From Desulfobulbales bacterium (GTDB lineage: Bacteria; Desulfobacterota; Desulfobulbia; Desulfobulbales; BM004), in contig JBFHWX010000002.1 of NCBI GenBank assembly GCA_041599275.1, positions 1 to 62,597 of the forward strand: 62,597 bases of DNA, in the 5' to 3' direction. A program made the position numbers and the translations under genes. The notes below the pieces were generated by a model. It ran no database searches. It was not told the origin of the DNA and saw nothing but the letters and a program-made list of their open reading frames with translations. The stretch's first letter is position 1. Each line of letters starts with the position of its first letter. Positions 49,961-59,455 of the stretch are shown piece after piece.

Positions 49961-50889
49961 AGGGCCTGGACCGCGCGGACAAAGGCCCGGTCTTCCGGGG
50001 CCGGCCGGCAACCCTTGGTGAGGTAGCCGCCGATCATCAGGCCGTCGGCGCCGGCCATGAAGCTGGTGCCGAGAAAGTCGCGGAAAAAGGGTTCGTCGCG
50101 GCCGGCCGCGAGCCGGATCGGCACCTGCGGCAGCAGCAGGCGGTAGAGCGCGATGGTGCGCAGGACCTCGGGCGCGGTGATTGGCGGCGTGCCGGCGAGC
50201 GGCGTGCCGGGCAGCGGGATGAGGATGTTCAGCGGCACCGAGTCGACCCCGCATTCTCTGAGGCTCATGGCCATGGAGATGCGGTCGTCCTCGGTCTCGC
50301 CAAGACCCATGATGCCGCCGGCGCAGACCTCGAGCCCCGCCTCCTGGGCGGCGCCGATGGTGTCGAGCCGTTCCTCGAAGGAATGGGTGGTGACGATCTG
50401 CGGAAAGAACTCTCGCGACGTCTCCAGGTTGTGGTGGTAGCGAACGAGGCCGGCGTCGCGCAGGATCTCGAGCTTTTCCCGGTCCATGATACCCAGCGAG
50501 GCGCAGACCCGGATGCCCACTTTCGAGCCAATCTCCTCGATCATGGCCGCAACCTTCTCGGTGTCGGCCCGGTTCATGCCGCGGCCGCTGGCCACGATGG
50601 AAAAATGCGAAGCCCCGATTTCTCGTGCTTCCCGGGCTGCGGCCAGCACCTCTTCGCGGCTCTTGAGCCCGTAGACCGGCGCGTTTGTCCGGTAGTGGGC
50701 AGACTGCACGCAGAACCGGCAGTCCTCGCCGCAGTTGCCGCTCTTGGCGTTGATGATGGTGCAGAGCGACACGGCGTCGCCACGCTGGGCGAGCTTGGTC
50801 TCGAGAGCCCGGCGCATCAGCTCGGCAAGACTTAGGCGGCGCAGTTCGGCGATTTTCTCGGAAGTCATGGGGGGAAAGCTGCGGCTCAT
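49948..50889 (-). CDS. bioB: biotin synthase
   Basis: 313 aa with the radical-SAM motif CGEDCRFC. Its start overlaps the pcnB stop (ATGA), and its stop overlaps the bioF start. Confidence 0.93.
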   Translation of the reverse strand: MSRSFPPMTSEKIAELRRLSLAELMRRALETKLAQRGDAVSLCTIINAKSGNCGEDCRFCVQSAHYRTNAPVYGLKSREEVLAAAREAREIGASHFSIVASGRGMNRADTEKVAAMIEEIGSKVGIRVCASLGIMDREKLEILRDAGLVRYHHNLETSREFFPQIVTTHSFEERLDTIGAAQEAGLEVCAGGIMGLGETEDDRISMAMSLRECGVDSVPLNILIPLPGTPLAGTPPITAPEVLRTIALYRLLLPQVPIRLAAGRDEPFFRDFLGTSFMAGADGLMIGGYLTKGCRPAPEDRAFVRAVQALWNG

Positions 50890-52307
50890 CTTCTCTTTCG
50901 CCTTCCTTTGGGGCGCAGACCGAAAATGGAGTCGCTGCGGTTGGCAAAGGCCGCGCCCTTGTTGGTTCGTTTGCGGCTGTCGCGGCGCGGCGCGGCGGCA
51001 GTCTGTTCGGCGGGTTCCGGCAGGACAGCGGAGAGCTCATGCTGGAATGCATCGCCATCGACCTGGGGCCCGCCGCAGGCCTCCCGGTGGATGGCGGAAA
51101 ACCAGTAGCACTCGGCGTAATAACTTTTTTTCTTGATCCACTTCGGCCAGTTGCCAGTGGCGCGGCAGCGCGCGAAAAAGGGCAGGTTGACGAGCAGGGT
51201 GGTGATCATCTCCTTGGTGGCCCGCTTGATGCTCAGGGGTTCGAGGATCTCGTCGAGCCGGGTCCGGATGAGACGGGCGAAGCGGTGGATGTCGGCTCCT
51301 TTGAGCTCCTGGCCCATGAGGTCGAATTCGGCCTCGGCCCAGGGGGCAAGCAGAGCTGCCAGCAGGAAATGCTCGGGCAGCCGGCTGCCGCCGTTATGGC
51401 TGCGGTCGAGGGGCGCGAACATGGCTGCCAGGCGCTTTCCGAGTTCTTCGCCACGCTCCGGGTCGGCCAGGGGCGCGGCGAAGAAGGGGAAGATCACCGG
51501 CAGCAGGCCGCTTGCCACGGCGAGCCGCATCCAGCGGGCGGCGGCGCCGCCACGCAGGTCTTTGAGGACCTCGTCGCGGATTCGGGAGATGGGGCAGAGG
51601 GCAAGCTTGTCGCGGTGCTTGACAATGGCCTGCCAGGTGGTGTCCTCGATGCGGAAGTCGTTGCGGGCCGCGTGGCGGATGGCCCGCATCATGCGGACCG
51701 GGTCGCGGGTCACCCGGCGCTCGGGGTCGCCGATGATGCGGATGATGCCATGGTCCAGGTCATCGACACCGCCCACGTAATCACGGATGGTGAAGGAATC
51801 GATTTCGTAAAACAGCCCGTTGATGGTGAGATCGCGGCGGAAGGCATCCTCGGCCGGGGTGCCGAAGGTGTTGTTGTCGGCCAGCACCGGGTCGCTGCCG
51901 CCGGCGCTGATGTCGTATTCGTTGCGGCGCCGGAAGGTGGAGACCTCGACGATCTTGCCGCCGTGGAAGAAGATCTGCACCAGCCGGAAGCGTTTGCCGA
52001 TCAGCCGGCTGTTGCGGAAGACCTTCTTTATCTGGCCGGGCCGGGCGTCGGTGGAGATGTCGAAGTCCTTCGGCGTTTTGCCGAGATAGAGGTCGCGCAC
52101 GCCACCGCCCACGAGATAAGCGGTGAATCCCGCGTCCCGCAACCGATAGAGGACCTTGAGCGCCTCCTTGTCGATGTTCTGCCGGCTCACCGGGTGTGCG
52201 GAGCGGGCAATGATCCGGCAGGCCGGCTCGTCACTTGCTGCGGGGGAGGCCGGGTTGGCCAGGTCCGCGGAGGCGTCCGGCTCGCCGTGTGCCGCTTGGG
52301 TCACCAT
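50886..52307 (-). CDS. pcnB: poly(A) polymerase I (PcnB) / tRNA nucleotidyltransferase family
   Basis: 473 aa, YLVGGGVRDLYLGKTPKDFDIST...RLIGKRFRL. This matches the PcnB pattern. Confidence 0.88.
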   Translation of the reverse strand: MVTQAAHGEPDASADLANPASPAASDEPACRIIARSAHPVSRQNIDKEALKVLYRLRDAGFTAYLVGGGVRDLYLGKTPKDFDISTDARPGQIKKVFRNSRLIGKRFRLVQIFFHGGKIVEVSTFRRRNEYDISAGGSDPVLADNNTFGTPAEDAFRRDLTINGLFYEIDSFTIRDYVGGVDDLDHGIIRIIGDPERRVTRDPVRMMRAIRHAARNDFRIEDTTWQAIVKHRDKLALCPISRIRDEVLKDLRGGAAARWMRLAVASGLLPVIFPFFAAPLADPERGEELGKRLAAMFAPLDRSHNGGSRLPEHFLLAALLAPWAEAEFDLMGQELKGADIHRFARLIRTRLDEILEPLSIKRATKEMITTLLVNLPFFARCRATGNWPKWIKKKSYYAECYWFSAIHREACGGPQVDGDAFQHELSAVLPEPAEQTAAAPRRDSRKRTNKGAAFANRSDSIFGLRPKGRRKRR

Positions 52308-52329
52308 GGTCGTTACCTGCTGCTTCCGT

Positions 52330-53310
52330 TTAGGAGCGTCCGCCGAGGGGCTCCTTGTAGACCGATTCGGCCTGGGAAACGAATTGATCGAAAACCTCCT
52401 GCACCGAAAGGATTTCCTTCATCTTGTAAACGTTCTCGCCGGAGAAGACGAGACCTTCCTCCATATTGCCTTCGTATGCCTTGATCAGGCGGTCGGAAAT
52501 GCAATAGTGGTGGTCGCATTTCTTGAGGCATTTGTAAAGGCATTCCTTGGTCTTTTCCGCTTCGCCCCGCTGCAGCTTCTCGGAAAAGGGGGTGCGCAGC
52601 GCCCGGCCGGGCAGGCCCACCGGCGAGCTGATCAGGATGACGTCGTCCTTTTCGGCCTTGAGATAGGCCTGCTTGAATTCCTCGGCCACCGAGCATTCCT
52701 TGGTGAGCACGAAGCGGGAGGCGATCTGCACCCCATCCGCTCCGTATTTGTCCATCATTTCGGCCATCTCAAAACCGTTGGTGATGCCGCCGGCGGCGAT
52801 CAACGGCACTTTTTTGACCACCTCGCGGATCTTCGGGAAGAGGTCGCGCAGGGCCAGGTCGGTGCCCAGGTGGCCCCCGGCCTCCTTGGCCTCGACGACG
52901 ATGGCCGCCGCTCCCATCTTCTCGGCGAGTTTGGCAAAGGCCGGCGACGAGACGATGGAGACGATGGGGGTGCCTGTTTCCTGGCCGATCTTGAAGATGT
53001 CCCGGGAGAAGCCGGCGCCGGTGATGATCATGTCGACCCCGGCCTCGATGGAGGCCATCACCAGATTGTAGAAGTTCTTCATGGCGAACATGATGTTCAC
53101 CGCGATGACGCCGGAAGTTGCGGCCTTGGCCCGGCGGATGTCCTCCTTCAACTCGTCGGTGGGGATGGAGGAGCCGCCGATGGTGCCGATGCCGCCGCAT
53201 TCGGCCACCGGGATGGCCAGCGCCGAAGTGGAGACGCGGATCGACATGCCGCCTTGGATGATCGGCACTTTGGCCGTGAAGGGACCTATGGTGAGGGGGG
53301 GTAGCTTCAT
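52330..53310 (-). CDS. nitronate monooxygenase / FabK-like NAD(P)H-dependent flavin oxidoreductase
   Basis: 326 aa. PIIQGGMS...GGIGTIG...EAGGHLG are typical of the NMO (2-nitropropane dioxygenase) family. Confidence 0.8.
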   Translation of the reverse strand: MKLPPLTIGPFTAKVPIIQGGMSIRVSTSALAIPVAECGGIGTIGGSSIPTDELKEDIRRAKAATSGVIAVNIMFAMKNFYNLVMASIEAGVDMIITGAGFSRDIFKIGQETGTPIVSIVSSPAFAKLAEKMGAAAIVVEAKEAGGHLGTDLALRDLFPKIREVVKKVPLIAAGGITNGFEMAEMMDKYGADGVQIASRFVLTKECSVAEEFKQAYLKAEKDDVILISSPVGLPGRALRTPFSEKLQRGEAEKTKECLYKCLKKCDHHYCISDRLIKAYEGNMEEGLVFSGENVYKMKEILSVQEVFDQFVSQAESVYKEPLGGRS

Positions 53311-53589
53311 GAAGAGATGTGCTCCATTGTAAAGAGAAGTATGAAACAGCGAATAATTACCTGATGTCGCCTGATTGTCAAGGATAAGGTTGCCGCGGGC
53401 TGCTCTGGTCAGTCACATATATCGCCGCCATGCCTTGCTTTTTGCGAAAAAAGAGAGTAGACTTTTTCGTTTTTCCGTACCAGGTGACAGGGCGACCGGA
53501 GTCCCCCTGTCTTCTTGCCGTCGCGCCGGAGAGCGGGCGGTTTCTCCAGCAAAGGCGGCGCCAACCGCACAGCGCAGAGGAAAGAACAC

Positions 53590-54861
<1,272 letters not shown>

Positions 54862-54937
54862 AGATTTTTAATTTTAGCTCGGGGGAGACCGGACCGGTCT
54901 CCACCCGCATCGCATATTCAGGCAAGGAGAAAAGATC

Positions 54938-56725
54938 ATGGAATCCATGGGGGGACTCAAGCGGAGTCATTCCTGTTGTCAGCTCGACAAGAAAAACGTG
55001 GGGGAAGAAGTCATCCTCATGGGCTGGGTCATGCGCCGCCGCGACCACGGCGGGGTCATCTTCGTCGATCTGCGCGACCGGGCCGGCATCACCCAGGTGG
55101 TGTTCAACCCGGAAACCAACGCCGCGGTGCATGATAAGGCCCATGTGCTCAGAAGCGAATGGGTGATCGCGGTGCGCGGCCGGGTGACGGCGCGGCCGGC
55201 CGCCATGGAGAACCCCAATCTCGCCACCGGCGCCATCGAGGTGCTGGTGGACGAGCTGCGGATCTTGAACGGCAGCCCGACTCCACCCTTTCCCCTCGAC
55301 GAGGAGGTCGAGGTGGCCGAGAACCTGCGCCTCAAGTACCGCTACCTCGATCTGCGCCGGCCGGCCATGGCCGCCAACCTGGTGCTCCGCCACCGGGCCG
55401 CCCAGGCGATCCGCAGCTTCCTCAACGACAACGGCTTTCTCGAGATCGAGACCCCGGTGCTCACCAAGAGTACCCCCGAGGGAGCCCGCGACTACCTGGT
55501 GCCGAGCCGGGTCAATCCCGGCAAGTTCTACGCCCTGCCCCAGTCGCCCCAGCTCTTCAAGCAGCTGCTGATGATGGCCGGCATGGACCGCTACTACCAG
55601 ATCGTCCGCTGCTTCCGGGACGAGGACCTGCGGGCCGACCGCCAGCCCGAGTTCACCCAGGTCGACATGGAGCTTTCCTTTATAGAGGAAGAAGAACTCT
55701 ACCTCCTCATGGAGGGCATGGTGACCCGCCTCTTCAAGGACGCCATCGGCCGCGAGCTGGCGCCGCCCTTTCCGCGCATCACCCACCAGGAGGCCATGAC
55801 CCGCTTCGGCACCGACCGGCCCGACATGCGCTTTGGGTTCGAGCTCGTCGGCCTCACCGACATCGCCCGCACCTGCGGCTTCAAGGTCTTTCGCGACGTG
55901 GCCGACTCCGGCGGTATGGTGAAGGCGATCAACGCCCGCGGCTGCGCAGGGTTCTCCCGCAAGGACCTCGACGACCTCACCGCCTACGTCGCCCAGTTCG
56001 GCGCCAAGGGCCTGGCCTGGGTGAAGATGAAGGAAGACGGGGAATGGCAGTCGCCCATCGCCAAGTTCTTCAGCGACCAAGAACGGGCCGCGATGGCCGC
56101 GGCGCTTGGCGCCGAGCCTGGGGATCTGTTCTTTTTCGTGGCCGATCAGCCCACCGTGGTGCACCAGGCGCTTGCCGAACTGCGCCTCGAGCTCGGCCGC
56201 CGGTTGGGGCTGGTTAAAAAGGACGAGTTCAACTTCGTCTGGGTCACCGACTTTCCGCTGCTCGAGTACGACCAGGATCTGAAGCGCTTCGTGGCGGTTC
56301 ACCATCCGTTCACCGCCCCCAACGAGGAGGACATGGCGCTGCTCGACTCCGAGCCCGGCCGGGTGCGGAGCAGGGCCTACGATCTGGTCCTGAACGGCAT
56401 CGAGATTGGCGGCGGCTCCATCCGTATCCACCGCAAGGACATGCAGGACAGGATGTTTGCGGCCTTGGGCATCGACGCCCAGGAGGCCGAGGAGAAGTTC
56501 GGCTTCCTGCTCCAGGCCCTGCAGTTTGGCGCGCCCCCCCACGGCGGCATCGCCTTCGGCCTCGACCGGCTGCTCATGCTGATGGCCGGCCGCGACTCCA
56601 TCCGCGACGTGATCGCTTTCCCCAAGACCCAGAAGGCGACCTGCCCGCTCACCGACGCGCCGTCGGGCGTTGTCCGCAAGCAGCTCACCGAGCTCCACCT
56701 GCGGCCCGATTGGAAGGAGGCTTGA
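54938..56725 (+). CDS. aspS: aspartate--tRNA ligase
   Basis: 595 aa. The ATG follows [41 protein letters not shown] and GGGSIRIH. Confidence 0.95.
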   Translation: MESMGGLKRSHSCCQLDKKNVGEEVILMGWVMRRRDHGGVIFVDLRDRAGITQVVFNPETNAAVHDKAHVLRSEWVIAVRGRVTARPAAMENPNLATGAIEVLVDELRILNGSPTPPFPLDEEVEVAENLRLKYRYLDLRRPAMAANLVLRHRAAQAIRSFLNDNGFLEIETPVLTKSTPEGARDYLVPSRVNPGKFYALPQSPQLFKQLLMMAGMDRYYQIVRCFRDEDLRADRQPEFTQVDMELSFIEEEELYLLMEGMVTRLFKDAIGRELAPPFPRITHQEAMTRFGTDRPDMRFGFELVGLTDIARTCGFKVFRDVADSGGMVKAINARGCAGFSRKDLDDLTAYVAQFGAKGLAWVKMKEDGEWQSPIAKFFSDQERAAMAAALGAEPGDLFFFVADQPTVVHQALAELRLELGRRLGLVKKDEFNFVWVTDFPLLEYDQDLKRFVAVHHPFTAPNEEDMALLDSEPGRVRSRAYDLVLNGIEIGGGSIRIHRKDMQDRMFAALGIDAQEAEEKFGFLLQALQFGAPPHGGIAFGLDRLLMLMAGRDSIRDVIAFPKTQKATCPLTDAPSGVVRKQLTELHLRPDWKEA

Positions 56726-56751
56726 TAAAAGCCGGCTGTTTCCTTGAGCGA

Positions 56752-56797
56752 CAGGGAAACCCCGCGCCCCTCCAGGAGGGAGAACGGGGTTTCCCTG
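56752..56797 (+). other. long GC-rich hairpin downstream of aspS (13-bp stem, no U-tract)
   Basis: CAGGGAAACCCCG (56752-56764) pairs with CGGGGTTTCCCTG (56785-56797). Confidence 0.6.
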
Positions 56798-56831
56798 CTC
56801 CACGACGCCGACTGATCAGGGACGAGAAACC

Positions 56832-57221
56832 ATGGACCCGCACCGAAACAAGACAAAAGGCATGCTCGAGGCCGAGATAAGCGAAGCGGTCATCAAGTTC
56901 GAGAAGGAATACATGGGCCGCGGCCCCCTGGAGACCAAGACCTACATCATCAACGACATGGTGCTGGTGCGTCTGAAAAGGGTGCTCACCCAGGCCGAGC
57001 ACCAGCTCGCCATGCCCGGCGACGTGTCGAACGGCCGGGATCTCATCAAGCAGGTGCGCATCAAGCTCCTCGAGAAGGGGAGGCCGCTGCTCGAAGCGGT
57101 GGTGGAGTCGATCACCGGCTGCAAGGTGGTCAGCCTGCACACCGACATCAGCACCGTGACCGGCGAGCGCATCATTCTTTTCACCTTGGACCGGGAAGTG
57201 CATTTTGACCTGAATCCGTGA
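56832..57221 (+). CDS. DUF2294 domain-containing protein
   Basis: 129 aa, MLEAEISEAVIKFEKEYMGRGP...VLVRLKRVLT..E. This matches the DUF2294 pattern (recognition by memory). Confidence 0.7.
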   Translation: MDPHRNKTKGMLEAEISEAVIKFEKEYMGRGPLETKTYIINDMVLVRLKRVLTQAEHQLAMPGDVSNGRDLIKQVRIKLLEKGRPLLEAVVESITGCKVVSLHTDISTVTGERIILFTLDREVHFDLNP

Positions 57222-57433
57222 CAACGTTTGGGTTGGAAAAAGGTTCTTTTCAAACGAAAAGAAAACAGCGTGGTGGAGAGAGCGGCTGATGCACCGCGCC
57301 GCCTTTCAGGGAGGCCCGCCCGACAGCGGCACATCTGGCGGCGTTGGCAACACCTTGAAATTGCCGCTTGAGGAAACCCAACGCCGTCGCCGCCGTGCCC
57401 CTGCACCGCTCTCGAATGCTCATGGATTCAAGG
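57209..57433 (+). repeat. repeat-family copy B (~225 nt, 13-bp terminal inverted repeat with one bulge and one G-U)
   Basis: CCTGAATCCGTGA (57209-57221, which includes the DUF2294 stop codon) pairs with TCATGGATTCAAGG (57420-57433). The blocks are shared with copy A. Confidence 0.7.
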
Positions 57434-57714
57434 TGTTGGGTAAAAAGCCGGTGGTCCGTGAAACGGTGTTTGTGCTTGATGCAACAAGGTGCACCAAAAA
57501 AAAACAGTCTGAAAAAATATTCCTCGATTTTTTCCTGTTCTTCGGGTAAATAACGATCTTCAGAAGAAGGTGAAATGCGGGTGGCATTGACTGTGCCAGC
57601 CGGGCCGGGTGCAGAAGTAAATTCCCAGCGCGGTCTTTCACCATCCTGATCGACAGAGTTGGCCTCACGCCCGGTCGGGCCTTGCGGAGCAAGGAACGAA
57701 CCGGGATACCAGAG

Positions 57715-57757
57715 CCGAAGATTTGCTGCAACGCGCAGCGGTCTTCGGTTTTTTTTT
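57715..57757 (+). terminator. intrinsic terminator inside the purC upstream region
   Basis: CCGAAGA-TTT-GCTGC-AACGC-GCAGC-GG-TCTTCGG followed by T9 (57749-57757), ending 49 nt before the purC ATG. Confidence 0.8.
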
Positions 57758-57805
57758 GGCCTTTTGGCCGTGGATGGACCATATTTTTCCGAGGAAACGA
57801 AAAAA

Positions 57806-58681
57806 ATGACGGCAGTGATGTATTCCACCGGGAAAAATCTTTCCCTGCTGAAGCGCGGCAAGGTCCGCGACGTGTACGCCACCGACAGCCCCGAGCATCT
57901 GGTGATCGTCGCCTGCGACCGGATTTCCGCCTTCGACTGTGTGCTTCCCACCCCGGTGCCGGGCAAGGGCGAGATCCTCACCAGACTCTCCAACTTCTGG
58001 TTCGAAAAGACCCGGCACATCATCCCCAACCACCTGGTCGATCCCGAGCCGGTGGGGCGGGCCTGGCACACCGAGGAGATGCGGGACCGCACGGTCTACG
58101 TCCGCCGCGCCGAGATGCTGCCGGTGGAGGCCATTGTTCGCGGCTATCTCACCGGTTCCGGGCTCAAGGACTACCAGCGTACCGGCACCGTTTGCGGCCT
58201 CGCGCTGCCCGCCGGGCTGGTCGAGGCCTCGCGGCTGCCGGAACCCCTCTACACGCCGTCGACCAAGGCGCCGGTGGGCGAACACGACGAGAACATCGCC
58301 TACGAGGCCACCGTGGCGCTGATCGGCGAGGAGCTGGCCGCCCGGGTGCGGGAGGCTAGCCTTCGGCTCTACACCTTTGCCGCCGACTACGCCCTGGCCC
58401 GCGGCATCATCATCGCCGACACCAAGTTCGAGTTCGGCCTGGTGGACGGCGAATTGGTGGTGATCGACGAGATGCTCACCCCTGACTCCTCCCGCTTCTG
58501 GCCGGCCGCCGGTTACCGGGAGGGCGTGGCCCAGCCGAGCTTCGACAAGCAGTACGTGCGGGATTACCTGGAGAGCGTGGCCTGGAACAAGAAGCCCCCG
58601 GCGCCCGAGCTCCCCGCCGAGGTGGTGGCAGGGACCCGGCAGAAATACCAGGAGGCCCTGGAGCGGCTCACCGCCAACTGA
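57806..58681 (+). CDS. purC: phosphoribosylaminoimidazole-succinocarboxamide synthase
   Basis: Lies within ORF 57659..58681. The ATG at 57806 follows GAGGAA. GKVRDVY...CDRISAFD...ADTKFEFG. Confidence 0.93.
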   Translation: MTAVMYSTGKNLSLLKRGKVRDVYATDSPEHLVIVACDRISAFDCVLPTPVPGKGEILTRLSNFWFEKTRHIIPNHLVDPEPVGRAWHTEEMRDRTVYVRRAEMLPVEAIVRGYLTGSGLKDYQRTGTVCGLALPAGLVEASRLPEPLYTPSTKAPVGEHDENIAYEATVALIGEELAARVREASLRLYTFAADYALARGIIIADTKFEFGLVDGELVVIDEMLTPDSSRFWPAAGYREGVAQPSFDKQYVRDYLESVAWNKKPPAPELPAEVVAGTRQKYQEALERLTAN

Positions 58682-58780
58682 GTTTTGTCCACCGGAACCG
58701 CTGCTGGCGGCTGCCGGTTTCCAAGAGAAAAAATCCGGTTTCGAACCGAACCCAATAAAGAAAACGAAAGAGGTGGCAGC

Positions 58781-59287
58781 ATGACACAAAAAGCATTGGT
58801 AGGCATTCTCATGGGCAGCGACTCCGACCTGCCGGTCATGAAAAAGGCGGCGGCGGTACTCGCCGAGATGGGCGTTGGTTGTGAAATGGACATCTCCTCC
58901 GCCCACCGGCTGCCGGACAAGACCGCCGAATACGCCCGCACCGCCCGCAGCCGGGGGCTCGAGGTGCTGATCGCCGGGGCCGGCATGGCCGCGCACCTGG
59001 CCGGCGTCGTTGCCGCCCACACCACCTTGCCGGTAATCGGCGTGCCCCTTGCCTCGGGTCCCCTGAACGGCGCCGACGCCCTGCACTCGACGGTGCAGAT
59101 GCCGCCCGGCATCCCGGTGGCCACGGTGGCCATCGACGGCGCCAAGAACGCCGCCTATCTGGCCTGCGAGATCCTCTCCATCAAGTATCCTGAACTGGCC
59201 GAGAAGCTCGAAAAATTCCGGGCCGATACCCGCCGCGAACTGGCCGAGAAATCGGCCAGGCTGCAGAAGGAGCTCCGGGGCGAGTAA
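58781..59287 (+). CDS. purE: 5-(carboxyamino)imidazole ribonucleotide mutase (class I PurE-like)
   Basis: Lies within ORF 58685..59287. The ATG at 58781 follows AGAGGTGG. GSDSDLPVM, SAHRLPDK, AGMAAHLAG. Confidence 0.92.
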   Translation: MTQKALVGILMGSDSDLPVMKKAAAVLAEMGVGCEMDISSAHRLPDKTAEYARTARSRGLEVLIAGAGMAAHLAGVVAAHTTLPVIGVPLASGPLNGADALHSTVQMPPGIPVATVAIDGAKNAAYLACEILSIKYPELAEKLEKFRADTRRELAEKSARLQKELRGE

Positions 59288-59315
59288 CCCACCGCTGACA
59301 ACATTTTCTGCTTAA

Positions 59316-59346
59316 CCATCCGTCTTTTTAGAAAAAAGACGGATGG
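59316..59346 (+). other. 14-bp perfect hairpin after purE (possible terminator; no trailing T-run)
   Basis: CCATCCGTCTTTTT-AGA-AAAAAGACGGATGG. Confidence 0.5.
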
Positions 59347-59455
59347 AACAGGAGACGTGCGCCCAAAAAACGGGGCGCGTGAAGCTGAACCAAAGGAGCC
59401 CCGGTCGACACCGCCGGCGTCACCCGGGGCTTCCTGCTACAAGGTACCTGTAACC

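Noticed and set aside
57411-57433. The HGF(R/K) peptide encoded by the inverted-repeat arm resembles the THGFR motif of ribosomal protein L34 (rpmH), a gene that often neighbours dnaA.
   Set aside because: Only 3-4 residues match, there is no surrounding similarity, and the same string arises on both strands simply because it is an inverted repeat.
57289-57549. 86-codon ORF through repeat copy B, and the reverse-strand ORFs open through both copies (29938..30225; the tail of 57250..58092), considered as a small repeated protein gene.
   Set aside because: Copy A has an in-frame TAA in the + frame. The conserved CGGCACA block changes frame between the copies. The reverse frame has most substitutions at codon position 1 and has no SD or consistent start. 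I kept it as a non-coding repeat instead.
57560-57760. Known purine-related riboswitches (ZTP/pfl, guanine/adenine, ykkC-type PRPP) in the purC leader.
   Set aside because: I could not find the core sequences as I remember them (for example CCGCCTGGGC for ZTP, or the purine three-way-junction J-strands). I report only a generic structured leader plus terminator.
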